This document shows, one piece after another, positions 1 through 8,361 of a stretch of 35,163 nt of DNA. The translations under genes were made by a program, and so were the position numbers. Origin of the DNA: Bacillota bacterium. GTDB taxonomy: Bacteria; Bacillota; Clostridia; Christensenellales; Aristaeellaceae. Location: positions 1-35,163 of the forward strand of contig JAEZTD010000250.1 of the NCBI GenBank assembly GCA_023443705.1, in the 5' to 3' direction. The stretch's first letter is position 1; each line of letters starts with the position of its first letter. The notes beneath the pieces are model-generated. The model did not search any database. It saw only the letters and a program-made list of their open reading frames with translations, and was not told where the DNA came from.

Positions 1-915
1 ATGGTGCGCAACCCGCGCCCGACCCGCGCCGAGATCACCGACGTGGCCAACGCCATCTACGATGGCACCAGCGCGCTGATGCTCTCCGGCGAAACCGCGA
101 ACGGCAAATACCCGGTGGAGACGATCCGCACGATGGCGAAAATCGCCGAGCGCACGGAGGAGTTCATCGATTACAAGGGGCTCTTCAACAAGTTCCGCCA
201 GCAGTTGGACAAGAGCGTCGTCAACGCCATCTCCCACGCCACCTGCACCACATCCCATGACCTGGGCGCTGCCGCCATCGTGACGGTCACACGGACCGGC
301 TCAACGGCGCGGATGGTCTCCCGTTTCCGTCCCGCAACCCCCATCGTGGCCATCACACCCAACCCGCGCACCTACCGGCAGCTTGCGCTGTCCTGGGGCG
401 TGACACCGCTGATGAACGACTACAAGGTCAGTTCGCGGGAACTCTTCCTGGCCGCGGCCCGCAAGGTGCAGGAAGCGAACCTCGCCCACGACGGCGACAT
501 CATCGTCGTCACGGGTTCCTCCGACCGGGTGGGGGAGATCACGAACACGCTGCAGATCCACGTGCTCGGCACGGCGCTGGTTCGCGGCACGGGCAATGGA
601 TTTGCGCCGATCACCGGTCGGCTCTGCGTCGTCAAAACCCCGGACGATCTCAAGCACTTTCGGGATGGCGATGTTCTCGTGATCGACCACACCACAAACG
701 TCGTGCTGCATGAGATGCGAAGGGCCGCTGCTGTCGTGACGGAGGAGGACATCATGGACTCCGGTGCGGCCGCCGCCTGCATGGCGCTGGACCTGCCGCT
801 GATCGCAGGGGCGGAGAACGCCACCCACCTTCTGATGACCGGCTGCCTCGCCACCATCGACGCCAAGAGCGGCGTGGTCTACAACGGAGACAGCTGCTTC
901 ACCGGCGGAAAGTAA
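1..915 (+). CDS. pyk: pyruvate kinase, C-terminal part (5' end outside window), with a C-terminal PEP-utilizer-like swivel domain
   Basis: The ORF is open from base 1. It carries PK-like motifs ([28 protein letters not shown]; [11 protein letters not shown]) and then a PEP-utilizer-type tail ([28 protein letters not shown]). TAA at 913-915 is followed by a hairpin. Confidence 0.85.
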   Translation: MVRNPRPTRAEITDVANAIYDGTSALMLSGETANGKYPVETIRTMAKIAERTEEFIDYKGLFNKFRQQLDKSVVNAISHATCTTSHDLGAAAIVTVTRTGSTARMVSRFRPATPIVAITPNPRTYRQLALSWGVTPLMNDYKVSSRELFLAAARKVQEANLAHDGDIIVVTGSSDRVGEITNTLQIHVLGTALVRGTGNGFAPITGRLCVVKTPDDLKHFRDGDVLVIDHTTNVVLHEMRRAAAVVTEEDIMDSGAAAACMALDLPLIAGAENATHLLMTGCLATIDAKSGVVYNGDSCFTGGK

Positions 916-925
916 GCACGTGAAC

Positions 926-955
926 GAAGCCCCCGGCAGAACTGCCGGGGGCTTC
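926..955. terminator. GC-rich hairpin between convergent pyk and the nitroreductase gene
   Basis: GAAGCCCCCGGCAgaacTGCCGGGGGCTTC is a perfect inverted repeat 11 nt after the pyk stop. There is no T-tract, because the 208-nt repeat abuts it directly. Confidence 0.6.
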
Positions 956-1160
956 AAGGCAACGAAAACCCCTGCGGTTGTTTCGATGCGAAGGAAGAAA
1001 TTCTGCGTGCGCCTGAAATCCTCACGGATATCCGGGCGGCGCACTGACCAAAGGTGTGGATAGCGCCACCAGTGTGCGTACTGGTGGCGCTATCCCGTTC
1101 CCGGCATACACGCCGCCGGGAACGATTGAAACCCTACCGATGCTTTGTTGATGGTCTGAA
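954..1160. repeat. copy 1 of a 208-nt structured interspersed element (TCAAGGCA...GATGGTCTGAA)
   Basis: It aligns end to end with 21753-21960, roughly nine-tenths identical by eye. It contains a 16-bp perfect hairpin (1058-1073/1080-1095), a 9-bp hairpin (1097-1105/1115-1123), a 7-bp helix (1007-1013/1038-1044) and a closing helix (1046-1053/1143-1156). Confidence 0.85.
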
Positions 1161-1193
1161 GCCCCGGCAGTTCTGCCGAGTGCTTAGCGTTTT

Positions 1194-1859
1194 CTATGCC
1201 CAGCGCCAGTTTCCGGCGCCTGCGCCGACCTCAAAATGGCATTTGGCGATGCCCAGGTCCACCCGCGCGTAAAAGCCGGGGAGCGCCACAGCCCTCACCG
1301 CATTGTCGCGGAGTTCAAAGAGGAATTTCTGCTGGTTTATGGCGGTGGGGGCCAGCTGCACCGCCTGCATGCCACGCAAAAACCATTCGGGCATTTCGCC
1401 CTCCACCCGGCTCAGCGCCTCGACGGGCTTGGTTTTTCGCGGGACACCCGCTACCGCGGCGTAGCCGATGGCGATGACGAGCGCCAGCTTTTCGCCGGGT
1501 TCCACCCTTGCTGTGGCCTGATTTTTCTTGTAGGTGCCGCCTACCCAGCAGGTGGATAGCCCCAGCTGCGTCGCGCGGAGTACGATCTTTTCGCCGTAGT
1601 AGCCGCACTTTTCCTCAAGGTCGGCGCCGGTTTTGCCGACCAGCGCGATGTAATTGCTGACGTTCCTAAATCGGCCGTACCGGGCCATGAATCCGGAAAA
1701 CGCGCGGGGCTCGTTCAGGCACAGCTGCATGGCAAGGCCGCTCTCGAGGTTGCTGGCGGCGATTTCCGTGCGGAGCTTTTCTTCGGCTTCGCCTTCAATT
1801 TTTCTGTCTGTATAAGCGCGCACCGATTTGCGCGCTTCAATGGCATCCCACAGATTCAC
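1194..1859 (-). CDS. nitroreductase family protein
   Basis: The N-terminus NLWDAIEARKSVRAYTD plus a nitroreductase-like body supports the call. GTG at 1857-1859 is preceded by GGGAGGG with 6-nt spacing. The longer ORF-track start has no RBS. Confidence 0.8.
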   Translation of the reverse strand: MNLWDAIEARKSVRAYTDRKIEGEAEEKLRTEIAASNLESGLAMQLCLNEPRAFSGFMARYGRFRNVSNYIALVGKTGADLEEKCGYYGEKIVLRATQLGLSTCWVGGTYKKNQATARVEPGEKLALVIAIGYAAVAGVPRKTKPVEALSRVEGEMPEWFLRGMQAVQLAPTAINQQKFLFELRDNAVRAVALPGFYARVDLGIAKCHFEVGAGAGNWRWA

Positions 1860-2273
1860 ATGGATCCCTCCCAAAGGACGTCGGCGTGCGCGTTGCCGCG
1901 GACGGCGCGCACCCGGACTTTTCATGAAGAAAATAGCTCATTTATGGCGCGTTGTCAAGAAGTGCGGCGCACTGTCCGAAGATCAGCGCAAAGGCCGAGG
2001 GTTTTTGGTGGCGCGGCGTCCGATGCCCCAACGCCTGACAGGCGGGCGCTGCTTTGCGTTCGGCGCGCTTGCGCCGTCACTGTCCCGCGTGCTATAATCG
2101 TTTCGCAATATTTTGCATATTATGGCATTGACGATGCTTCGAGACTGCGCTTATTGAAGATACCCCATCATTCCCTGACGAAAACCCCGTCGAAATCCTC
2201 GAACACGCGGCGATACGAAGGCCTGATCCTTAGCGCACGTCACGCCCAGGAATCTCTATGGGGGGCACACTCG

Positions 2274-4094
2274 ATGAAGAGAAGCGCGAAGCTGCTCGCG
2301 GCGCTGGCTGCGATCCTGGTTTTACTGGCCGAGGCAGGCGCGTCCGGGGCCATCAGGCCCGTACGCGCGGCGCTGGACGCGAGCCTTGTCTTGATCGACC
2401 TTGCCGATCGAAGCACCCACCAGCTTACCGGCAGCGTACTGCCGCAGGGCGCAAGCCAGAGCATGGCGTGGAAAAGCTACAACACCAAGGTGGCGACGGT
2501 TTCAAAGACGGGTCTGGTCACGGGGCGCGCCATCGGCACCACCGCCGTCGCGGTGCGTCCCGCCAGCCGGAGCAATTGGACGAAGGCCACCGTGCGGGTG
2601 ACCGACAGCCTCGCGCCCGACACCATCCGCCTGAGCGCTTCCCGGCTCAACCTTCTGATTGGCAGCACGGGCCTTCTCACGGCTGAGGCGGGGCCGGACA
2701 CCGCGATCACCACAATCCGGTGGTGGTCCAGCAAGACGAGCGTCGCACTCGTAACGCCGGACGGCCAGGTGCTGGCGCGCAAGGCCGGAACGGCCGTCGT
2801 CCGGGCGATTTCGACAAGAAACCCCGCGCTGTACGCCTCCGCGCTGGTGACGGTCAAAAACCTGCCGCCGCCGGTCAGGCTGACCATCACGCCCGCAAGC
2901 GCGAAGATTGAAAGAGGCGAAAAACTCCAGCTGTCGGTGGCTGTTTCGCCGCCGGAGGCAAACCTGTCTCTTCGCTGGTATACGAACAACCCCGCCGTCG
3001 CCACCGTCGGCAAAACAGGGCTCGTGAGCGCCAAGAAAGTCGGGAAATTCAAGGTCAAAGCAGTCTCGAGGATAAAGCCCACGGTTAAGCAGATCCGCTC
3101 CTACGAGGTCGTGGACACGAAAACGGTGACTGGCGTGGTCATCGAGAGCGACGAGAGCGTCCTGCTGGCCGGGGGAACGCTGCAGCTGCGGGCCGGCGTG
3201 CTGCCGCCCACCGCCTCCCAGGCGGTGTCGTGGACGAGCAGCAACCCCGCCGTTGCCACGGTGTCAGAAGCGGGGTTCGTCACCGCCGTATCCCTTGGCA
3301 GCACCACCGTCACCGCCGCGGCGAGCGGCAAGTACGCGAAGCAGCGCGTGGTGGTGATGGACGCGGCGCCCGTCACCGAACTGCCCGCACAGGTGACGAG
3401 CGCCGACGGCATCAGCCTGAACCTCGCAAAGATCGACGCGGTTCAGCGCTACGCCGTGGAACAAGTGGACGCACTCCGCGCCGCGGGCGTGATCCCAAAA
3501 TCGGAGGCGGACGCCAGAAAGCTCATCATCGTCCGGGCTTTCCGCATGGCGCGCTTCCCGTGGATGAGCGCGCGGAACGTGCGTTACTGGTCGGGCGACA
3601 GCCTGTACCAGAAAAATGTGGTATATTACGGCATCCCCTACACCCAGACGAACCGCGTCTACAATACGTCGAACATCGTAAGGTCCGGGGCGTTCAAGCT
3701 GCTCGGAGACGACGCCTTTCATACCGCCTACATGGTCGACAGGCGCTATCCGGGCAACGACTGCTCCTCGTTTGTGTCGATGAGCTACTGGGGGCTGGGC
3801 TCCAGCTACTCGTACCTGCGCTCCCGAAACATGCTGGATTCCTCGGTCTACAAAACCGTCGCGATGCGATCCAAGCCGACCGCCTACCTGAACCTGCGGC
3901 CGGGAGATTTCTTTGTCCGAAACGGGCATGTGGCGATGTTTCTGTACTACGCCAACAGCCTGAGAACCCGGGTCATGATCATTCAGCAGGGCGGGCGAAA
4001 CACCCTCAACACCGTGGGGCTGTTCCTCAAGCCCATCAGCTACTACAGCGCAGACTCGCGCTACATCGCGCGGCGGAAGCGCTCGTTCGCTTAA
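2274..4094 (+). CDS. secreted protein with repeated bacterial Ig-like (Big_2-type) domains and a C-terminal NlpC/P60-like Cys/His domain
   Basis: The signal peptide MKRSAKLLAALAAILVLLAEAGA starts at 2274. It is followed by repeated ..VATVSKTGLVTG.A.GT..V.. modules. The C-terminus carries NDCSSFVS...GDFFVRNGHVAMFLYY. The upstream part of the 744-aa ORF is Arg/Ala-rich GC-shadow sequence. Confidence 0.7.
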   Translation: MKRSAKLLAALAAILVLLAEAGASGAIRPVRAALDASLVLIDLADRSTHQLTGSVLPQGASQSMAWKSYNTKVATVSKTGLVTGRAIGTTAVAVRPASRSNWTKATVRVTDSLAPDTIRLSASRLNLLIGSTGLLTAEAGPDTAITTIRWWSSKTSVALVTPDGQVLARKAGTAVVRAISTRNPALYASALVTVKNLPPPVRLTITPASAKIERGEKLQLSVAVSPPEANLSLRWYTNNPAVATVGKTGLVSAKKVGKFKVKAVSRIKPTVKQIRSYEVVDTKTVTGVVIESDESVLLAGGTLQLRAGVLPPTASQAVSWTSSNPAVATVSEAGFVTAVSLGSTTVTAAASGKYAKQRVVVMDAAPVTELPAQVTSADGISLNLAKIDAVQRYAVEQVDALRAAGVIPKSEADARKLIIVRAFRMARFPWMSARNVRYWSGDSLYQKNVVYYGIPYTQTNRVYNTSNIVRSGAFKLLGDDAFHTAYMVDRRYPGNDCSSFVSMSYWGLGSSYSYLRSRNMLDSSVYKTVAMRSKPTAYLNLRPGDFFVRNGHVAMFLYYANSLRTRVMIIQQGGRNTLNTVGLFLKPISYYSADSRYIARRKRSFA

Positions 4095-4126
4095 AAACAG
4101 GGCGCGGCCCGAAGGGAGCCGGACAC

Positions 4127-5440
4127 ATGGCGCGCATCGACCAGGTGATCCCGAAAACCACGCGCAGGGAGACAGCCGTCCAGTTTGGCGGCGGAGGCTT
4201 CCTGCGCGGTTTCTTTGACTGGATGCTGCAGGAGGCGAACGACGCCGGGGTGTATGACGGTTCCGTGGTCGTCGTCCAGTCAACATCGGGCGGCGTCGCG
4301 GATGCGCTCATGCGGCAGAACGGCCAGTACACGCAGATCCTTCGGGGCGCGGAGGGGGTTAAGGCCTGTCCCATCGACGTCGTCTCCCGATGCGTCAAGG
4401 TCTACGAGGATTTTCCCGCTTTCCTCGCGCTGGCGAAGGTCCCAACCCTTCGGCTGATTGTGTCCAACACCACCGAGGCGGGCATTCGCTTTGAGCCGGA
4501 GGAGGAGATTGCGTCGCCCATATCGTTCCCCGCGCGGCTTACGGCGCTTCTCCGCCGCCGGCATCAGCTGGGGCTTCCGGGCTTTGTGGTTCTGCCCTGC
4601 GAGCTGATCGAAGAGAACGGCCGCACGCTGAGGGAATACGTCCTCCGGCACGCGCGCTTGTGGGGGCTGGGGGAAGATTTTGCCCGGTTTGTCGAGCGGG
4701 ACAACCACTTTCTGAACACGCTGGTGGACCGGATCAATACCGGATACCCGTCTGGCGAGACCATGGACCTTGGGTATGAGGACGAGCTCGTCAACTGCTG
4801 CGAGTGGTACCACCTGTGGGTGATCGAAGGGGACAAGGCGCTCGCCGCGGAGATACCCTTTGACCGTGCGGGGCTGAACGTGAAATGGGTAGACGACCTT
4901 GCGCCCTACCGGACGCGGAAGGTACGCATCCTAAACGGCGCGCACACCGCCACCGTCGCCCTGGCGATGCTCGCCGGGGTCGAGACCGTCGGCGAAGCGG
5001 TGGCAGACCATGAAATCGGCGCGTTTATGCGCCGGGCGGTCTTCGAGGAAATCATCCCTTCGCTGGATTTGCCGAGCGAAGAACTGGAGGAATACGCCGA
5101 GGGCGTGTTCCGGCGCTTTCAGAACCCCTTCATCCGACACGAATGGCGCGCCATCTCGCTGAACTCGGTCTCAAAATTCCGGGTGCGGGTGCTGCCGTCG
5201 ATTCTAGAATACGAGCGGCGCTTCGGCCGGATTCCGCCAAATCTCATCCGCTCGCTGGCGATACTGATCGAACTGTACCGGGAATTTGAGGTTCGGGACG
5301 AACCGCGGGTGATCGCGGCGATGCGGCGTTCCTGCGTCCGGGAGATCCTCTCGGACGAGGCGCTCTGGGGAGCGGATATCCGTCACCTTTCCGCAGCGGT
5401 GGAAGGAAACCTCACAAAGACATCGGAGGGACGCGCATGA
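4127..5440 (+). CDS. uxaB: tagaturonate reductase (altronate oxidoreductase), mannitol dehydrogenase family
   Basis: The N-terminus is MARIDQVIPKTTRRETAVQFGGGGFLRGFFDWML. A GAAGGGAG RBS lies upstream. The stop overlaps the next start (ATGA at 5437-5440). Confidence 0.8.
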   Translation: MARIDQVIPKTTRRETAVQFGGGGFLRGFFDWMLQEANDAGVYDGSVVVVQSTSGGVADALMRQNGQYTQILRGAEGVKACPIDVVSRCVKVYEDFPAFLALAKVPTLRLIVSNTTEAGIRFEPEEEIASPISFPARLTALLRRRHQLGLPGFVVLPCELIEENGRTLREYVLRHARLWGLGEDFARFVERDNHFLNTLVDRINTGYPSGETMDLGYEDELVNCCEWYHLWVIEGDKALAAEIPFDRAGLNVKWVDDLAPYRTRKVRILNGAHTATVALAMLAGVETVGEAVADHEIGAFMRRAVFEEIIPSLDLPSEELEEYAEGVFRRFQNPFIRHEWRAISLNSVSKFRVRVLPSILEYERRFGRIPPNLIRSLAILIELYREFEVRDEPRVIAAMRRSCVREILSDEALWGADIRHLSAAVEGNLTKTSEGRA

Positions 5441-6837
5441 GGCTGTTCATGGACGAGGACTTTCTTTTGTCAAACCAGACGGCGCGCCGCCTGTACCACG
5501 AGTACGCCGCGCCCATGCCCATCATCGACTACCATTGCCACCTGTCTCCGGGGGAGATCGCGGAAAACATCCGCTTTCGGAACATCGGCCACCTGATGCT
5601 GGGCGGCGACCACTACAAGTGGCGCGCCATGAGCGCCTGCGGCTATGACAACGAATTCATCCGCACATCGGGTGACTACGAGCGGTTCATGGCCTACGCG
5701 AAGGTGATGCCGCAGCTCATCGGAAATCCGCTGTACCACTGGACGCACATGGAGCTTCGGCGCGTGTTTGGAATCCGCGAGACGCTTTCGGAGAAGACCG
5801 CGCCGGGCATCTGGGCGGTGGCCAATGAGATGCTCGTTGGAGACGATTTCCGCGCGCGGCGGCTGATTGAGCGGTTTGGCGTAAAAATGCTCGCAACCAC
5901 CGACGATCCGGTGGATTCGCTTCGGCACCACCAATCGATTGCGTCGGATGCGCCGTTTTGCGTCCAGGTGCTGCCCGCCTTCCGACCGGACAAGGCGCTG
6001 AACGCGGACAGGCCCGGCTTCAAGGCATATATTGAAAGCCTGTCAGAGGCGTCCGACATATCCATCGCGTCAGCGGCGGACGTCGTTCGCGCGCTGGAAA
6101 AGCGCGTCGACTACTTTCATGCCGAGCGCTGCCGCCTGTCGGACCACGCGCTGGACACCGTGCCGTTTGCGCAGGTCGATCCCGCAAAAGCGGAGCACGC
6201 GTTTGCCGCCGGCATGGGCGGCGGGATGGTTGCGGCGGAGGATCTTGAGCACTACCGCACCATGCTCCTCGTGGCGCTGGGCGGTATGTACCACGCCCGG
6301 GGCTGGGCGCAGCAGTACCACATGGGCGCGCTCCGGGATGCGAATGGGCGCATGTTTTCGCGCTTCGGCCCGGACACCGGCTTTGACGCCATCTCAAACC
6401 CGCCGGACGCCGGAAAGTTGGCGGCGCTGCTCGACGCGCAGGAGCGAAACGGCGCGCTGCCCAGAACCATCCTCTACACGCTGAACCCGTCGGCCAACTA
6501 CGCGCTGGCGGCTGTGGCGGGCTGCTTCCAGGGCGGAGAGCCCGGCAAAATCCAGTTCGGCAGCGCCTGGTGGTTCTGCGACCAGAAGGACGGGATGCTG
6601 GAGCAGATGAAGGCGCTGGCGGGGCTCGGGGTGCTGGGACGCTTCGTCGGCATGCTGACGGACTCCCGCTCCTTCGTCAGCTATCCGCGGCACGAGTACT
6701 TCCGCCGCATCCTGTGCGATCTGATCGGCACTTGGGTGGAGAACGGAGAATACCCGGAGGACGAGGGCGCGCTGCGGGAGATCGTCCGCGGCATCGCCTA
6801 TGAAAACGCGCGGCGCTACTTCGGGGTGGAAGAATGA
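5437..6837 (+). CDS. uxaC: glucuronate isomerase
   Basis: FLLSNQTARRLYHEYAAPMPIIDYHCHLSP is a typical UxaC N-terminus. The length is 466 aa and both ends are overlap-coupled to neighbouring genes. Confidence 0.9.
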   Translation: MRLFMDEDFLLSNQTARRLYHEYAAPMPIIDYHCHLSPGEIAENIRFRNIGHLMLGGDHYKWRAMSACGYDNEFIRTSGDYERFMAYAKVMPQLIGNPLYHWTHMELRRVFGIRETLSEKTAPGIWAVANEMLVGDDFRARRLIERFGVKMLATTDDPVDSLRHHQSIASDAPFCVQVLPAFRPDKALNADRPGFKAYIESLSEASDISIASAADVVRALEKRVDYFHAERCRLSDHALDTVPFAQVDPAKAEHAFAAGMGGGMVAAEDLEHYRTMLLVALGGMYHARGWAQQYHMGALRDANGRMFSRFGPDTGFDAISNPPDAGKLAALLDAQERNGALPRTILYTLNPSANYALAAVAGCFQGGEPGKIQFGSAWWFCDQKDGMLEQMKALAGLGVLGRFVGMLTDSRSFVSYPRHEYFRRILCDLIGTWVENGEYPEDEGALREIVRGIAYENARRYFGVEE

Positions 6838-8306
6838 ACAGGGCGGAGGCGCGGGCAAAGCGCATTCACCCGTCGGACGACGTGGCGGTGGCCCTCGCGC
6901 CCATTTCTAAGGGAGAGCAGGCACTGGGCGTCACGGCGCTTGATGACATACCCTTCGGGCACAAGATGGCCCTTCGACCCATTCTCCGGGGCGAGGACGT
7001 GACCAAATACGGCATGCCCATCGGTCGCGCCACGGAGGACATCCCACTGGGCGCGTGGGTACACACCCACAACCTTGCGACAAAGCTCGACACCGTGCGG
7101 GAATACCGCTACGAGCCCTCCCGGATTCCGGCCATCACCCCCTTCGAGGGAAGCTTCATGGGCTACCTTCGCGCGGACGGCTCCGTCGGCATCCGGAACG
7201 AGCTTTGGATTCTGCCCACGGTGGGCTGTGTGAACGGCGCGGCCGAGGCGATCGCGTTCAGGGCGCGGCGGGAGGTCGGCGTCCCAGTCTACGCGTTTTG
7301 CCATCCCTACGGCTGCAGCCAGCTGGGCGAGGACCATGAGAATACGCAGAAGATCCTGGCGCGCCTGGCCCGCCACCCCAACGCGGGCGGCGTACTGGTC
7401 TTGGGCCTCGGGTGCGAGAACAACCACATCGCCGCCTTTCGAGCGGTGCTCGGCGCGGTGGACGAGCGCCGCGTGCGCTTTCTGTGTGCCCAGGATGCCG
7501 AGGATGAAATTGAGGAAGGCCTGCGGCTGGTCCGCGAAATCGCTTTGACAGTGCGGGGCGACCAGCGGACGGCGCAGGGCGTTTCCAAGATCGTATTGGG
7601 CCTCAAGTGCGGCGGCTCCGACGGACTGTCCGGCATTACCGCCAACCCGCTCCTCGGCACCGTATCGGACGGCGTGTGCGCGGCGGGCGGCTCCGCGCTC
7701 CTGACCGAAGTGCCGGAGATGTTTGGCGCGGAGACGCTTCTCATGAACCGCTGTGAAAATGAGGAGACATTCCGAAGCGCGGCGGACATGGTGAACGGCT
7801 TCAAGCGATACTTTGCGTCCCACGGCCAGCCGGTGTACGAAAACCCTTCGCCGGGCAACCGGGCGGGGGGAATCACGACGCTGGAGGAGAAGAGCCTGGG
7901 CTGCACCCAGAAGGGCGGAACCGGCCCGGTTTCAGACGTCCTGGGTTATGGAGAGACCCGCAGAAAAAGCGGCCTGACCCTCGTGAACGCGCCCGGCAAC
8001 GACATCTGCGCCGTGACGGCGCTCGCGGCGGCGGGCGCGCAGCTGGTTTTGTTCACTACAGGCCGGGGAACTCCGCTTGGCGCACCGGTACCGACGGTGA
8101 AAATTTCCTCGAACGCCGTTCTCACGGCGAAGAAGAAAAACTGGATCGACTTCGACGCCAGCCCGCTTATGGACGGCGCGCCGCTTGCGGATGAGGCGCG
8201 GCGGCTGTTCAGCCTCATCCTGGACGCGGCCTCCGGCACAGAAACGCGGAATGAGCGAAACGGGGAGAGGCAGATCGCGATCTTCAAAAACGGCGTGACG
8301 CTCTAA
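6834..8306 (+). CDS. uxaA: altronate dehydratase (UxaA family)
   Basis: A SAF-like N-terminus (IHPSDDVAVAL..I.KGE) is followed by a UxaA-like body. The start overlaps the uxaC stop (ATGA). Confidence 0.9.
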   Translation: MNRAEARAKRIHPSDDVAVALAPISKGEQALGVTALDDIPFGHKMALRPILRGEDVTKYGMPIGRATEDIPLGAWVHTHNLATKLDTVREYRYEPSRIPAITPFEGSFMGYLRADGSVGIRNELWILPTVGCVNGAAEAIAFRARREVGVPVYAFCHPYGCSQLGEDHENTQKILARLARHPNAGGVLVLGLGCENNHIAAFRAVLGAVDERRVRFLCAQDAEDEIEEGLRLVREIALTVRGDQRTAQGVSKIVLGLKCGGSDGLSGITANPLLGTVSDGVCAAGGSALLTEVPEMFGAETLLMNRCENEETFRSAADMVNGFKRYFASHGQPVYENPSPGNRAGGITTLEEKSLGCTQKGGTGPVSDVLGYGETRRKSGLTLVNAPGNDICAVTALAAAGAQLVLFTTGRGTPLGAPVPTVKISSNAVLTAKKKNWIDFDASPLMDGAPLADEARRLFSLILDAASGTETRNERNGERQIAIFKNGVTL

Positions 8307-8314
8307 ACGAAAAC

Positions 8315-8349
8315 AAAACGGAACGCGGCAATTCGCCACGTTCCGTTTT
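8315..8349. terminator. bidirectional Rho-independent terminator between uxaA and the FMN-binding protein gene
   Basis: AAAACGGAACG (8315-8325) pairs with CGTTCCGTTTT (8339-8349). The A-run and T-run lie inside the arms, so the hairpin can serve both strands. Confidence 0.65.
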
Positions 8350-8361
8350 CGTAGGGTCTGC

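Noticed and set aside
984-1013. The GAAGGAAG segment of the repeat is reminiscent of the SRP RNA domain IV (GGAAGGAAGCAGCC).
   Set aside because: The flanking conserved SRP nucleotides and helix are absent. The unit is also multi-copy and divergent, unlike an essential single-copy SRP RNA.
301-1044. Minus-strand ORFs 301..1044 and 21556..21843 share a similar N-terminus (MRRPDIREDFRRTQ.. versus MRRSEIREDFRRTQ..), which suggests a conserved small protein.
   Set aside because: The similarity is only the translated image of the 208-nt DNA repeat. It ends where the repeat ends. Indels between the copies break the frame. The first ORF is otherwise antisense shadow of pyk.
1096-1131. On the minus strand, GTTTCAATCGTTCCCGGCGGCGTGTATGCCGGGAAC looks like a CRISPR direct repeat (GTTTCAAT...hairpin...GAAC).
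   Set aside because: It occurs once per locus, inside a larger conserved unit. There is no repeat-spacer periodicity and there are no cas genes in the window.
1860-2273. The ORF track shows long N-terminal extensions for several genes: 1860..2273, 3230..4126, 15180..15839 and 18709..19380.
   Set aside because: The extensions are Arg/Pro-rich, overlap upstream genes or promoters, and lack RBSs. In each case an internal start with a good RBS matches the expected family N-terminus.
5437-5440. ATGA start/stop overlaps occur at 5437, 6834 and 15840.
   Set aside because: This is ordinary translational coupling within operons and is not unusual.
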